A stretch of DNA of 64,000 nt from an uncultured delta proteobacterium (GCA_963782055.1 CAWAIF010000003.1:5184001-5248000), one strand, 5' to 3'. Shown: positions 10,701 to 20,142, counted from the first letter of the stretch. Notes: generated from the letters alone by a model not told the origin. Numbers and translations: made by a program.

Positions 10701-12355
10701 CGCACGTCCTGTCGCCGCGCGGCGCGGTCGCGCTCGCGTCCCTGCTCGCTCGGACGAAGGAGGCTCCGGAGGTCCGGGCGTTCTTGATCGATCACGCCGA
10801 CCTCGCCGCGCGCGGGCTCGTGCCCGCCGCTGTCGCCAGGGACGCCAAGCTCCGGCGCGCGGGGCGCGCGGGGATCGCGGTGCTGGCCGACGCCGGCAAG
10901 CTCGACGCCGTCGCGGCCGTCGCGAAGACGCTCGGCGTCGACCCGAAGGCCCTCGAGCCCGATGACGCGCTCCCCGCGCCACGGAAGATGCCGCCGTTCG
11001 CCGACGCGCGCGCCCTGCCCGCGCCGGTCCTCGCCGAGAGCGGCGCGCCGCTGCCCGAGGCGGCCGTCGCCAACCTGCTCGCCATCCTCTCGGTGCTCCC
11101 GAAGGACCACGGCCACCCGAGCGTCGACGCGATCAAGGCGGCCTGCACGCAGGAGTCGCTCGACGCGTTCGCCTGGGCGCTCCTCTCGGACTACGTGCTC
11201 GCGGGCGCGCCGGCGCGCCACGACTGGGCGCTCTTCGCCGCCGGCCACCTCGGCTCGGACGACGTCGCGCGCAAGGTGGACGCCGCGGCGCGCAAGTGGG
11301 TGCAAGTCAGCGTCCCGCTCATGCAGAAGTCGCTCGACGTGCTCGCGCTCATCGGCACCGACGTCGCGCTGTCGCTCTGCTACGAGCGCGGGCTCGCGGC
11401 GAAGTTCGCCGACACGCAGGAGCGCGCGCGCCGGATCCTCGAGCAGGTCGCCGCGCAGCGCGGAATCGACTACGCCGAGCTCGAGGACCGCCTCGTGCCC
11501 GAGCTCGGCCTCGACCGCGGCCCGATCGTGCTCGACTACGGCGCGCGAACCTTCGAGGTGAAGCTGGACGAGCACCTCGCGCCCTACGTCGCGGTCGACG
11601 GCGTGCGCCGTGAGGCGCCTCCCAGGCCGGCGAAGTCGGACGACGCGGCGAAGGCCAAGGTCGCGGCCGCGCGCTACGCGACGCTCGCGGAGGACCTCTC
11701 GCACGTCGCGCGGACGCAGATCCTCCGCCTCGAGCGCGCGATGCGCGAGGGGCGCGTCTGGCCGCGCGACGCGTGGCTGCGCGAGGTGGCCGAGCACCCG
11801 CTCCTTCGCCACCTCGCGCCGCGCATCGTCTGGCGCGCGGGCGACGCCCTCGTGCGCATCGCGGAGGACGGCACCTTCTCCGACCCGAACGACGAGCTCG
11901 TCACCCTCGACGGCGCGGTCGAGGTCCGCGTCGCCCACCGGCTCGACGAGGATCCCACGCAGTGGGCGAAGATGTCGCAGGTCTTCGGCGACTACGAGAT
12001 CCTCCAGCCGTTCGACCAGCTCGGGCGCGAGACGTTTCGGCCGACAGGTGCAAAATACACGGATTCGGTCGGGCGCAAGGCGCCGTGGGCGGCGGTCGAC
12101 GAGCTGCTCACCGGGCGCGGCTGGATCCGCACGCCGCCGGACGACGGCACGGTCAAGACGCTCGCCTTCCCGCTCGACCGCGTCGGCGTGGCGGGGGCGC
12201 GCGCGACGCTCGGGATCACGCCGGGCCTCACGATCGGCCCGGTCAAGGCGCGCCCCGAGCAGACGGTGGGCGAGCTCGTGCTGCACGGCGTCACGTTCGA
12301 GGAGCTCCAGCCGCGCGTCGCGAGCGAGCTCACGCGCGACGCCGCCACGCTCTAG
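7736..12355 (+). CDS. Large DUF4132-domain-like protein with internal tandem duplication and Pro/Thr linkers
   Basis: 1539 aa; C-terminal ELEDRLVPELGLD..RLERAMREGRVW..HPLLRHLAPRIVW..FGDYEILQPFDQLGRE typical of DUF4132; two ~350-aa repeats starting PRV.(L/I)TETVRKWLT. Confidence 0.8.
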   Translation: MSSVLAVVSKAIFDKQAKGLAPGAVWDTARYASHNPNLDALASGGGDLFLVTVRPNDVLWLVAILRAPKADADGWKSAPNTTPVRDVTELLPNLKFSTGKGVKADKGKLGMSLQTPRQLTPADVTLLDGAPTPLPTRTPTPTRTPTRTPTPTPTPPPTTTPRVVLTETVRKWLTPSPPKPPARYVRAARDKAAQDAALANAKPEVTALAAKIRAWLDDGARFTAKYDDETQVAAANFLQRFFGVPDFAAHWAHELGVAHAARLLLHDRLVDLGTGAKRELVRSKQRHDAYDHQFALSRLVPHARGLSPDELAEVKRELEPIVAPLHPTVHLALARVVRDQETIDAIARRAASDAAFFQKAEEIASISRVIVAESHDADAVEAILVKKPSCVQFGGARGLARALQNIPVATLERALLAILPAIEKKATPGDYKEILRVLACIDDAPVADYLAQRAHAKPVQPVALEYFTLHPHHLGALEAVSKQKGKAGAAAATILDSARRHARTPAPTPAPTPTPTGTAEPRVAITETVRKWLTRDTFKRPERFVRANQPKDVLKRIDDALGRAAPEVAPIAAKIRAWLADDDGRFSAAHDDETQVAASNLLLRFCHGLRFHTPDFVGNWVEAFGVEHAARLLLRDPIVDLDSTSRVVDERLVRAADAGGRAIRLEFALRTLLPYVRDCAPEELARLKREIEPLVADLPPVVHLAVARLVRDQETIDAIARRAAEDVALQLDLVRSGVLSVLVAESRDADAVEKLIVMGGNAAPSLACALEHLPVATMKRAMLAISPQSEKATPGRYKAFLEVLACIVDADVADYLARHAHARPAQPVALEYFTLHPHHLGALEAVSKQKGKAGAAAATVLESVRRRAPAGAPVAAAAATASTDGVPVVLRAPPWKKKGDGDDLVLDLPIPIEPVTQLRPDEYVKWVQGPLWTRFRDVAKLKAHLESGHYPQIRNEYLEGLLTDLGPEAAPVVIEAAAREPAANIGFLTHVLSPRGAVALASLLARTKEAPEVRAFLIDHADLAARGLVPAAVARDAKLRRAGRAGIAVLADAGKLDAVAAVAKTLGVDPKALEPDDALPAPRKMPPFADARALPAPVLAESGAPLPEAAVANLLAILSVLPKDHGHPSVDAIKAACTQESLDAFAWALLSDYVLAGAPARHDWALFAAGHLGSDDVARKVDAAARKWVQVSVPLMQKSLDVLALIGTDVALSLCYERGLAAKFADTQERARRILEQVAAQRGIDYAELEDRLVPELGLDRGPIVLDYGARTFEVKLDEHLAPYVAVDGVRREAPPRPAKSDDAAKAKVAAARYATLAEDLSHVARTQILRLERAMREGRVWPRDAWLREVAEHPLLRHLAPRIVWRAGDALVRIAEDGTFSDPNDELVTLDGAVEVRVAHRLDEDPTQWAKMSQVFGDYEILQPFDQLGRETFRPTGAKYTDSVGRKAPWAAVDELLTGRGWIRTPPDDGTVKTLAFPLDRVGVAGARATLGITPGLTIGPVKARPEQTVGELVLHGVTFEELQPRVASELTRDAATL

Positions 12356-12370
12356 GTTCACCCCGGAGGC

Positions 12371-12429
12371 CGCATAGGAAATGCTGGCGCGGTCGGGCGC
12401 GAAAGCTTGCGAAATCCGTGATATGCGAA
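12371..12429 (+). repeat. 99-bp unit, left half plus TATGCGAA (copy 2, diverged)
   Basis: CGCATAGGAAATGCTGGCGCGGTCGGGCGCGAAAGCTTGCGAAATCCGTGATATGCGAA; right-half hairpin absent. Confidence 0.9.
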
Positions 12430-12499
12430 GCTACCGTACGGCGCTGGCTGCGCACGGATCCACGCGCATCGGGCGACGCAGATCGTGTATGAAGCCTCC

Positions 12500-13168
12500 A
12501 TGACAATCTCCGTCGTCACGGGCGCCAACAGGGGTATTGGGCTCGCACTCGTCGCCGAGCTCACGAAGCGCGGCCACACGGTGCTCGCCGCGTGTCGCAA
12601 GGCCTCGCCCGAGCTCGAGAAGCTCGGCGCCGAGGTCGTCGTTGGCGTGGACGTCTCGACCGACGAGGGCATCGCCGCGCTCGTCGCCGCGGTCGGCGCG
12701 CGCTCGGTCGACCTGCTCGTGAACAACGCGGGCATCCTCGTATGGGGCGACCGCCTGGGAGCGCTGAACGTGGAGGGCATCCGCAAGCAGTTCGAGGTGA
12801 ACGCACTCGGGCCGCTCCGCCTCACCGATGCGCTGCGCGACAGGTTCCCCCGCGGGGCGAAGGTCGCGCTCGTCACCAGCCGCATGGGCTCGATCGACGA
12901 CAACTCGTCGGGCGGCGCGTACGGCTACCGCATGAGCAAGGCCGCGCTCAACATGGCGGGGAAGTCGCTCGCCGTGGACCTTCGCGAGCGAGACGTCGCC
13001 GTGGCGATCCTCCACCCCGGCATGGTCAAGACCGACATGGTCGGCGCGCACGGTGGCCAGGTGGAGCCCGCGGACGCCGCGCGCGACCTGCTCGCGCGCG
13101 TGGACGAGCTCACCATGGAGACCTCGGGCGGCTTCTGGCACGCGAACGGGCAGCGCCTGCCCTGGTAG
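12500..13168 (+). CDS. Short-chain dehydrogenase/reductase, CsgA (C-factor)-like
   Basis: VTGANRGIG, NNAG, YGYRMSKAALNM, LHPGMVKTDM. Confidence 0.88.
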   Translation: MTISVVTGANRGIGLALVAELTKRGHTVLAACRKASPELEKLGAEVVVGVDVSTDEGIAALVAAVGARSVDLLVNNAGILVWGDRLGALNVEGIRKQFEVNALGPLRLTDALRDRFPRGAKVALVTSRMGSIDDNSSGGAYGYRMSKAALNMAGKSLAVDLRERDVAVAILHPGMVKTDMVGAHGGQVEPADAARDLLARVDELTMETSGGFWHANGQRLPW

Positions 13169-13684
13169 CTCCCCGCCTCGACCTCGACGAGCGGCGGGTG
13201 CGTCCGTCGTCGATCGCGGGGCTCGTCGCGCTCGCGGTCCTGATGGTGGCGTGCCGCTCGTGACGACGCGAAGCGCGGGGCCCGAGAAGCCTCGCGCGGC
13301 CGCTGCGCCGGAGCCGCGCGACTCGAGCGACATCGACTGCGACCCGCCGCTCGGTCCGGCCTCGGGCCTTGCCGAGCCGCTGCGGATGCCTCATCGTCGC
13401 CCGCGTGAGATCGATCGACGAGCTGCTACGCCACGGCGCGAGACACCTGCAGTTGGACCGCGGCTTCCCGAACGGCTCGCTGCCCGCCGAAGACAAATCC
13501 ATGACGTCGTCGCCCACGTGAACGCCGCGCTCGAACGAGACGCGAGCCGGTATCGTCTGTACGGCTTCGCCGAGGACGTCGCCGGGTGGGAGAGTGACGA
13601 GCCGGTGATCATGCTCCTCACGGGGAGCGAGCGCGGCCGGCTCGTGGAGAGCGGAGTCGTGCGGGCCTAGCTCACCACGGGATC

Positions 13685-14247
13685 GTGGCGTTCTCCCGGC
13701 GCGTGAACGTCCCGGTCGGCCCGTCCGGACCCAGCAACGCCACGCGCACGGCCTCGCGCGAGCCCACCTCGATGGATTCGGTGCCCTCGAAGCCGTTGAG
13801 GTTCGTACTCGTGAACCGTGATGCCACGCGCTGCGAGCCGCTTCGCGACCTCGAGCCCGACGCCTTGGTTTGCCCCGGTGACGAGGGCGACGCGTTTGTC
13901 CCGCGCACGCGCGCGAACTTCAAGGCGTCGTCTGGTGTGGCCGCGGTGATCGTCCGCGTCGAACCAGGTTGGTCGACGACGCGAACAATCCCAGGGTCGT
14001 CGCGCAGGTCGAGCCGCAGTGCGCCGACCGGAAGGCCGCCAGCGTCGTGACGTGGTCGTGCCGCTGCCAGAACGCCGCCGGTCGCACCGAAGACGGCGCG
14101 AGCTACTGCTCGTGGCCGGAGGGCACGCAGTGCGTTCAGCTGTTCAGCTGGTGGCCCCCATCGGACCGCCGCCGCCGGGCAGAGCGACTTGGCGGGCGCT
14201 TACTGCATCCCCGCCGGCCCGCGCTCACTGGAGCAGGCGGTCCTTGA
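13685..14247 (+). pseudogene. Frameshifted fragment of a Cys-rich myxobacterial-type lipoprotein
   Basis: Pieces such as QCADRKAASVVTWSCRCQNAAGRTEDGASYC..PEGTQCVQL in shifting frames. Confidence 0.35.
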
Positions 14248-14429
14248 CCGCGATGTTGAGCGTCATCACCGCCGAGGCCTCGCTCGCGACCGACGAGAAG
14301 CCGGCGTTGGGCTCGTTGCATGCAAAGTACACAGAACGGACCCCGGCGCCGTAGGCGGCTGAGCACGCCGAGCCCGGCTCGGGGCGCGTTCTACGTGCGT
14401 CGCGCGCACCGCGGCCCCGGGTCCGCCGC

Positions 14430-14600
14430 TCAGGCGACCTCGTCGTAGCCGGAGACTCTGCGCAGCACGCGGCTCTGCCAGAACGGAGGCCCTCGCGCCG
14501 GAGCGCGGGGCGGGAGCGACGTGGGCTCGCCCAGCGTGCGCAGGAACCGGGCGATGCTCTTGTCCTCCAGGACCATCGCGACGAGGCGCATCCGACCCTG
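14430..14600 (-). pseudogene. C-terminal remnant of an IS91/ISCR-type transposase (different from the module copies)
   Basis: My translation: GRMRLVAMVLEDKSIARFLRTLGEPTSLPRPAPARGPPFW..YDEVA*; the G.MR..A......I...L..LG.P...ARGPP pattern is typical of these C-termini. Confidence 0.55.
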
Positions 14601-14692
14601 GACTCAACTCTCCCGTCCCCGAGCCCCTTTCCATGCCTCCCGGTTTCCGCTGAGGACCGCCGGAAGGCCCATGCCGTTACCGAGACATGCTC

Positions 14693-15292
14693 CTAGTAGA
14701 AGCGGAAACCAGATTCGTACGCTATTAACCACTTTGGAGGCATAGGGCCAGATCCGGCGAACATTGTCCGAGCGCACGGACCATTCCAGGATTCGACCAC
14801 CTGGATTGCGGCCTTCTGCCAGTCGGTCTCTTCTTTGTCCGCGAGTCTCTCCCCCTCATCGCCTTTACTACAGCTGCCTGCCATTTGTGCGACATAGAGT
14901 GCCGATCCCAACGCCCGAGCGGTCGCGACAACGGCCTCATTCTCATTCGAGGTGATGGCCTCGACGATTCGGAGTGAAACCGTTGCCGAGGAGGCGAGGA
15001 TTGTGATTCCTTCTTCGTTGAGGTACGCCACGACATCCTTGAGGCTGATAAGCAATCCAGTTCTTGCTGCGGTGTCGATCTCCTCGCTTCCAGATGCATG
15101 CTTCCATCCAAATTCAACCGCCTCCTTGACGGCCGGATAGTGGTTGCCGACCCAATGTTTGTCATAGACTTGGTGCGCGCGTTCTCCACACGCACTGGCC
15201 AAAGCAACGCGCGCGCGGAGTGCGACTGGTGCCAATCTCTTTTTCCTGAGGGAGTGCGTGGGAGTGCGTTCAGAACGATTGTGTGGCCGCAT
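14693..15292 (-). CDS. Hypothetical helical protein, possibly toxin-immunity-like; 5' end abuts the 99-bp unit
   Basis: Lower-GC ORF (RARVALASACGERAHQVY..EETDWQKAAI); nearest upstream in-frame ATG lies within the repeat's CGCAT. Confidence 0.5.
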   Translation of the reverse strand: MRPHNRSERTPTHSLRKKRLAPVALRARVALASACGERAHQVYDKHWVGNHYPAVKEAVEFGWKHASGSEEIDTAARTGLLISLKDVVAYLNEEGITILASSATVSLRIVEAITSNENEAVVATARALGSALYVAQMAGSCSKGDEGERLADKEETDWQKAAIQVVESWNGPCARTMFAGSGPMPPKWLIAYESGFRFY

Positions 15293-15374
15293 AGGAAATG
15301 CTAGCGCGGTCGGGCGCGAAAGTTTGCGAAATCCATGGGGCCGTCCGGTCTCACTGGAAGGACGGACCAGGGTG
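15288..15374 (+). repeat. 99-bp unit with 12-bp core deletion (copy 3)
   Basis: ..GAAATCCAT|GGGGCCGTCC..; the CTTATGCGAA(A/G)T core is missing. Confidence 0.92.
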
Positions 15375-15790
15375 GCGAGGTCGACGGCGTCATCGACCAG
15401 ACGATGCCGTCCGGATCGACCCCTTCGTAGCTGCCGCCAGGCTCGGGCGCCGCCGTCGCGAGATCGACGACGCCGTTCGCGTCGGCGTCGAACGTCGCGC
15501 TCGCGCCCCAACCCGTGAAGCGCGCGGTGACGGTGATCTGGGCGACCGGATCGAGACCGGTGACGCGGACGTCGAGCGCGTTCGCCCAGAGCATGCGCGT
15601 CACCGCGACGGGCGTCGTGCCCGAGACGTCGAAGAAGGTGACGGCCGGCGACGGCGGCGTCCCGGCGTCGGGGCTGCCCGCGTCCGGCGCGTCGGGCGCG
15701 GACCCGCCGCACGCGAGCGCGGCGAGCGCGACGAGCGCGACGAGCGCGACGACCGGCGGAAAACGAGGCGGAGGCGGAAGCGCATCCTCG
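15375..15790 (-). pseudogene. Acyl-CoA thioesterase/BAAT N-terminal-domain lipoprotein, 3'-truncated at the repeat
   Basis: LDVRVTGLDP..ASATFDADANGVVDLATAAPEPGGSYEGVDPDGIVWSM runs directly into the repeat; no hydrolase domain follows. Confidence 0.7.
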
Positions 15791-16162
15791 CGCTGCAAAC
15801 AAGTTTCGTGCCGCCAGCGATGCCTGGCGCTTCGCGCGGCCACGCCTCGGACCGACAGTTTGCTAACGGATCGCACGTCACCGGCGAGGCGACGCTCTCG
15901 CACTGCGCGGTGATCGAGTAGGAGTCAGGAGGGCGTCGTTCGCGGTGCGCTCGTGATAGGTGGGCGCGACCGCGCGCAGGACGTCCGTCACGTCGGCGCG
16001 CGTCGCCAGGAGCCGCCGAAGCGCGAGCCTCCGCACACGGTCGTCCGCGCGCTGGTACCAGGTGACGAAGCTCTTTTCGACGATACGACGAACCACGTTC
16101 TTCACGCGCGAAAGCTGGCACGCCCGCGCGGATCGCGGACGTTACATCGCGTTACGCGGCCG

Positions 16163-17779
16163 TCAGAGCCCGGTGACCTTGCCGTCGCGCGCGATGCGGA
16201 AGGCCTTGACGCCCGCGTTGCTGTTGATGGTCTCCACAAAGAGCACGGCCGCGTCTCGACGCGCCACCAGCTCGAAGTCGTCTTGGATGACGCTCGACAT
16301 GAACGGCTCGCCGCCGCTCGTGGTGTCGTCGTAGATCGGGCGGTCTTCCGTCTTGTCGATGTCGCCCGGCTTCGCGACCACGTACCTCACGCCGCGACGG
16401 CTCGACCGCCACACGACGACGACGGCGTCGCCGAGGCCGACCGCTCGCACGTCCGAAGGCGCGCGCGGTCGCGCCGGCTCGGCGAGACGCGAGAATGCCT
16501 TGCGCAGATCGACCGTGTCGACCGGAGCGCACCCGCGGGCCGTGCATCGCGCGACGTGAAGCGTGAGCCCGTCCGCCGATGCGTCGACCAAGCTCGTGAA
16601 GGTCACCGCATCCACGCCGCACGACGCGGCGCTGTGCCTTTCGGCGCTGCCGATCGATCGCGGAATCGTGAACGTGTGAACGGGCGAGTGCTCGTCGTCA
16701 TGAAAGAACACCACGTAGCCCGGTCCGTAGATCGTCAGCGCGTCACGCACGAAGCAGCCGGCGAAATACGACGGCTTCGGGACGACGCCGATGTCTTCGA
16801 TCCCCGACGCCGTCGTGCCGACGAAGCGCCTGGCGAACAGATGCCGGGTGCCGTCCTTGGCGTCTTCGAGCCAAACCGCGCGGTCGCCGAGGAGGGTCAC
16901 GTCGGCGTTGGCCTCGGTGGTCCACTTGGCGTCGACGAGCGGCCCGTTCCCGCGGGACGCCGCATACGAGAACGTGGAGTCGCTGCCGGGGTTGCTCGAT
17001 TGTCGCGAGAGCACGAGCACGCTGCCGTCGCTCTCGCCAAACGCGGTGCACGCGCGACCCGTGCAGAACGGACGGGCGTCGTCCGCGCGGTGGACGGAGT
17101 CGCCGGACGAGTGCCAATCTTGTTGCCCCGTCGGCGCGACGAGAAGCGGCGCTCCGTCGGCGCTGCCGGCGAGGACCGACTTCGGGACGAGCGCACCCGG
17201 ACGGCACGCGATCTTCCCGATGGGCGCGCGCGACTCGCACAACGTGGTGCCGCCGAGGATGAAGTGGAGGTCCGCGCCCGGCACGGGATCGAAGCTCGCG
17301 CCGATCAAGCTCGCACGAAGAGCGAGCGGTGTCGTGCGCTCGTCCGCGACGTCCGCATAGGGAGGCGCGGCCGGTACGTCGTCAGGAGGCGGGCGCGTGC
17401 TCGGGCGCACGCCGAAATACGCGTCGAACGCGTAGGGCGAGCTCTCCACCGTGTCGACGTCGATGACGGGCGACGGTGCCTGCAGGTCGATGCCTTCGAG
17501 CGCCTCGTCGACCTCCTCGTAGTCGCGAACGTACTTCTCGCATCGCGCAGGCCAGCCCTTGGGCGGATGGCCGAGCATGATGCGATGAAGCCGAGCCGAT
17601 GCTTCCTCCTTCGGTAGAAGCGGCGCGCCGAACAGGCATTTGTGCACCGACGCCAGCGATGCAGCGGCGCGGCGAACCCGGTAAACCCGCGTGGCGTAGG
17701 TGACGGCGAAATAGGCCGCGACGCACCCCGCGGCGAGCCCGCCGAGCTTGACCCATCTTCGGCCGTTCACGGTGGGCAC
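16163..17779 (-). CDS. Hypothetical membrane-anchored protein (538 aa)
   Basis: Long ORF with N-terminal TM segment; start abuts left end of repeat copy 4. Confidence 0.65.
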   Translation of the reverse strand: MPTVNGRRWVKLGGLAAGCVAAYFAVTYATRVYRVRRAAASLASVHKCLFGAPLLPKEEASARLHRIMLGHPPKGWPARCEKYVRDYEEVDEALEGIDLQAPSPVIDVDTVESSPYAFDAYFGVRPSTRPPPDDVPAAPPYADVADERTTPLALRASLIGASFDPVPGADLHFILGGTTLCESRAPIGKIACRPGALVPKSVLAGSADGAPLLVAPTGQQDWHSSGDSVHRADDARPFCTGRACTAFGESDGSVLVLSRQSSNPGSDSTFSYAASRGNGPLVDAKWTTEANADVTLLGDRAVWLEDAKDGTRHLFARRFVGTTASGIEDIGVVPKPSYFAGCFVRDALTIYGPGYVVFFHDDEHSPVHTFTIPRSIGSAERHSAASCGVDAVTFTSLVDASADGLTLHVARCTARGCAPVDTVDLRKAFSRLAEPARPRAPSDVRAVGLGDAVVVVWRSSRRGVRYVVAKPGDIDKTEDRPIYDDTTSGGEPFMSSVIQDDFELVARRDAAVLFVETINSNAGVKAFRIARDGKVTGL

Positions 17780-17828
17780 GTAGGAAATCCTAGCGCGGTC
17801 GGGCGCGAAAGTTTACGAAATCCATCTT
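17779..17828 (+). repeat. 99-bp unit left half (copy 4, split by module 1)
   Basis: CGTAGGAAATCCTAGCGCGGTCGGGCGCGAAAGTTTACGAAATCCATCTT. Confidence 0.92.
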
Positions 17829-18006
17829 GGACGAAGCCGCTGCGCGGCAGCGTGGCTCCGCATCAAGCTCGCTCGCGACCCGGGAGCCCCGCGAGCCGTG
17901 TGCGCGCTGACGAGCCCGCCTCGTAGCCCTCGCGTGCCGTGATGCGGGCGATCCTGCGGCGCGCGCCGCCCGCTCGTGGGCGCGCGCGGAGCCGAAGGAG
18001 GCCGCG

Positions 18007-18852
18007 ATGGGTGCGAAGCGAAGACTGCGGGACACGATGAGCGAGGACCTCGCGCTGCGAGGGATGAGCGCCAACACGATCGCCACGTACGTGGGGTGCG
18101 TGCGGCGGTTCGCGCAGTACCACGGGCGGTCGCCGTGCGCGCTGGGGGCGGCGGAGATCCGGACGTTCCTTTTGCACCTGGTGGCGGAGCGCAGGCTGGC
18201 GGCGCTGACGGTCAACGTGCACGCGGCCGCGCTGAGGTTTCTCTACGAGGTGACGCTGGAGCGGCCGGAGGCGACGCTGGGGATGGCGCGCATGCGGGTG
18301 CCGATGCACGTGCCGGTGGTGCTGACGAGCGCGGAGGTGGCGCGGCTGCTCGCGTCGCTCACGAGCCACAAGCACCGGGCCCTGGTGATGCTCGCCTACG
18401 GGGCGGGGCTGCGCGTGAGCGAGGTGTGCAAGCTCCGGGTGGACGACATCGATCCGAAGCGGATGCTCCTGCACGTGCGGCACACCAAGCGCGGGCGTGA
18501 GCGCTACGTGATGCTCAGCGCGAGGCTGCTGGCGACGCTGCGCGCGTACTGGAAGGCGTCACGACCCGCAGGACCGCAACTGTTTCCGGGGCGCGTGCCC
18601 GGGACGCTCCTCACGCGCGCGGCCGTCCACCGGGCGATCCTCAAGGCGGCGCGGCGCGCGGGCATCACCCGGCGCGTGTCGCCGCACACGCTGCGCCACA
18701 GCTTCGCCACGCACCTGCTCGACGCAGGGACCGACCTTCGCACGTTGCAGGTCTTGCTCGGGCACGCGTCGCTCAGGAGCACGATGGCCTACCTGCACGT
18801 GAGCACCGCCCGCGTGCAGTCGATTCAGAGCCCCCTCGACGCGCTGCCCTGA
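18007..18852 (+). CDS. Tyrosine recombinase/integrase with N-terminal SAM-like domain
   Basis: GLRVSE (R), TKRG (K), HTLRHSFATHLL (HxxR), LLGH, MAY (Y). Confidence 0.95.
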   Translation: MGAKRRLRDTMSEDLALRGMSANTIATYVGCVRRFAQYHGRSPCALGAAEIRTFLLHLVAERRLAALTVNVHAAALRFLYEVTLERPEATLGMARMRVPMHVPVVLTSAEVARLLASLTSHKHRALVMLAYGAGLRVSEVCKLRVDDIDPKRMLLHVRHTKRGRERYVMLSARLLATLRAYWKASRPAGPQLFPGRVPGTLLTRAAVHRAILKAARRAGITRRVSPHTLRHSFATHLLDAGTDLRTLQVLLGHASLRSTMAYLHVSTARVQSIQSPLDALP

Positions 18853-18858
18853 GCCCCG

Positions 18859-19815
18859 ATGCACCCGTCGTGTGCGCCCGCGCGCACGCGCGCGGCGCCC
18901 ATCGAGCTCGCGGACGTGGTGCGCGCCCACGGCGAGGCCTTCGCCGGCGGCCGCGTGCTGCGTCCCGAGGAGCGGTCGGCGCTGCGGGCGATCGAGCGAT
19001 GCCGGACCGCCGCGCTGGGCGGACATCTGGACGTGTGCACCGCGTGCGGGCTCGAGCGACCGTCGTACAACTCGTGCCGCAACCGGCACTGTCCCAAGTG
19101 CCAGTCGCTCGCGCAGGCGCGGTGGGTCGCCACGCGGCTCGAGCGCATTCTGCCCGTGCACTACTTCCACGTCGTCTTCACGCTCCCCGCCGAGCTGCGC
19201 GCCGTCGCGCGGCGCTCGCGCGCGCGGGTCTTCGACATGCTCTTCGCGAGCGCGGCCGACACGCTGGCCACCCTCGCGCGGGATCCGAAGTGGCTCGGCG
19301 CCGAGCTCGGCGTCACGATGGTCCTGCACACCTGGACGCGCGCGCTGCTCTTCCACCCCCACGTGCACGCCATCGTCACCGGCGGCGGACTCACCGGCGA
19401 CGCCGCGCGCTGGGTGCGCGCGCGCCGTCGCTTCCTCTTCCCCGTGCGCGTGATGGGCGTCTCGATGGGCGAGCGCGGCGTCACCTTCCGCACCAGAGAC
19501 GGCAAGTCGGTCACCGTCCCGGCCGAGGAGCTGCTCGCGCGCTTCGTCCAGCACGTGCTGCCGCGCGGCTTCGTCAAGATCCGCCACTACGGCCTGCACT
19601 CCGCCAGCCACGCCACCACGCGCCTCGAGACCGCACGCCGCAGACTGGGTCCGCACGCGCCCGCTGCGCGACCGGAGCGCCGTGCCGTCGCCGCCGACCT
19701 GCTGCTGCGAATCGCGGGCATCGACCTGCGCCGCTGCCCCGCTTGCCACACGCCTGCCCTCGTGCGCACCGCGCTGCCCGAGCCCCGAGCTCGCGCCCCG
19801 CCGAGGGCCGCATGA
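18859..19815 (+). pseudogene. IS91-family transposase with in-frame 201-bp deletion removing the catalytic YxxxY
   Basis: Zn-binding CTAC..SCRNRHCPKCQ and HUH HPHVH retained; YLGRY seen in 55420-56577 absent. Confidence 0.9.
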
Positions 19816-20142
19816 TCTCCCCGCGTCGTGCTCCACTGCGCTCGCTCCACGAGTGCGGCCCAGGCCCCTGTCCATCCGCGCCACCAAAAACCGCCCTCCG
19901 AGCACGCACGGCTGCCCGCTGCGCGCTCCGGGACGCCCGCGTCGAGCGCCGTCCCGCCGCCCGCTCGGCACCTCGCGCACCCGCACACGTGACCCACACG
20001 CCGCCAACTTCCCCATAGGGCTCCGAGGCCACCGCCTCGCCGCTGCCGCGCACCGGCTTCGTCCAACCGTCGATTTCGCGACCGCGCACCCGCGCCACGC
20101 GACCGCCGCCGCGACCCGGCGCGCTCACGCAATCGACTCTTA

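Noticed and set aside
571..12361. Very long ORFs 571-4041(+), 3807-7424(-), 6965-12361(-) and similar Arg/Ala/Gly-rich ORFs elsewhere
   Set aside because: Antisense or alternate-frame shadows of motif-bearing genes, expected at this GC content.
17827..20066. The 26-bp inverted repeat as DDE-type terminal IRs
   Set aside because: The right copy is ~80 bp inside the conserved end defined by the empty sites, and the module has no DDE transposase.
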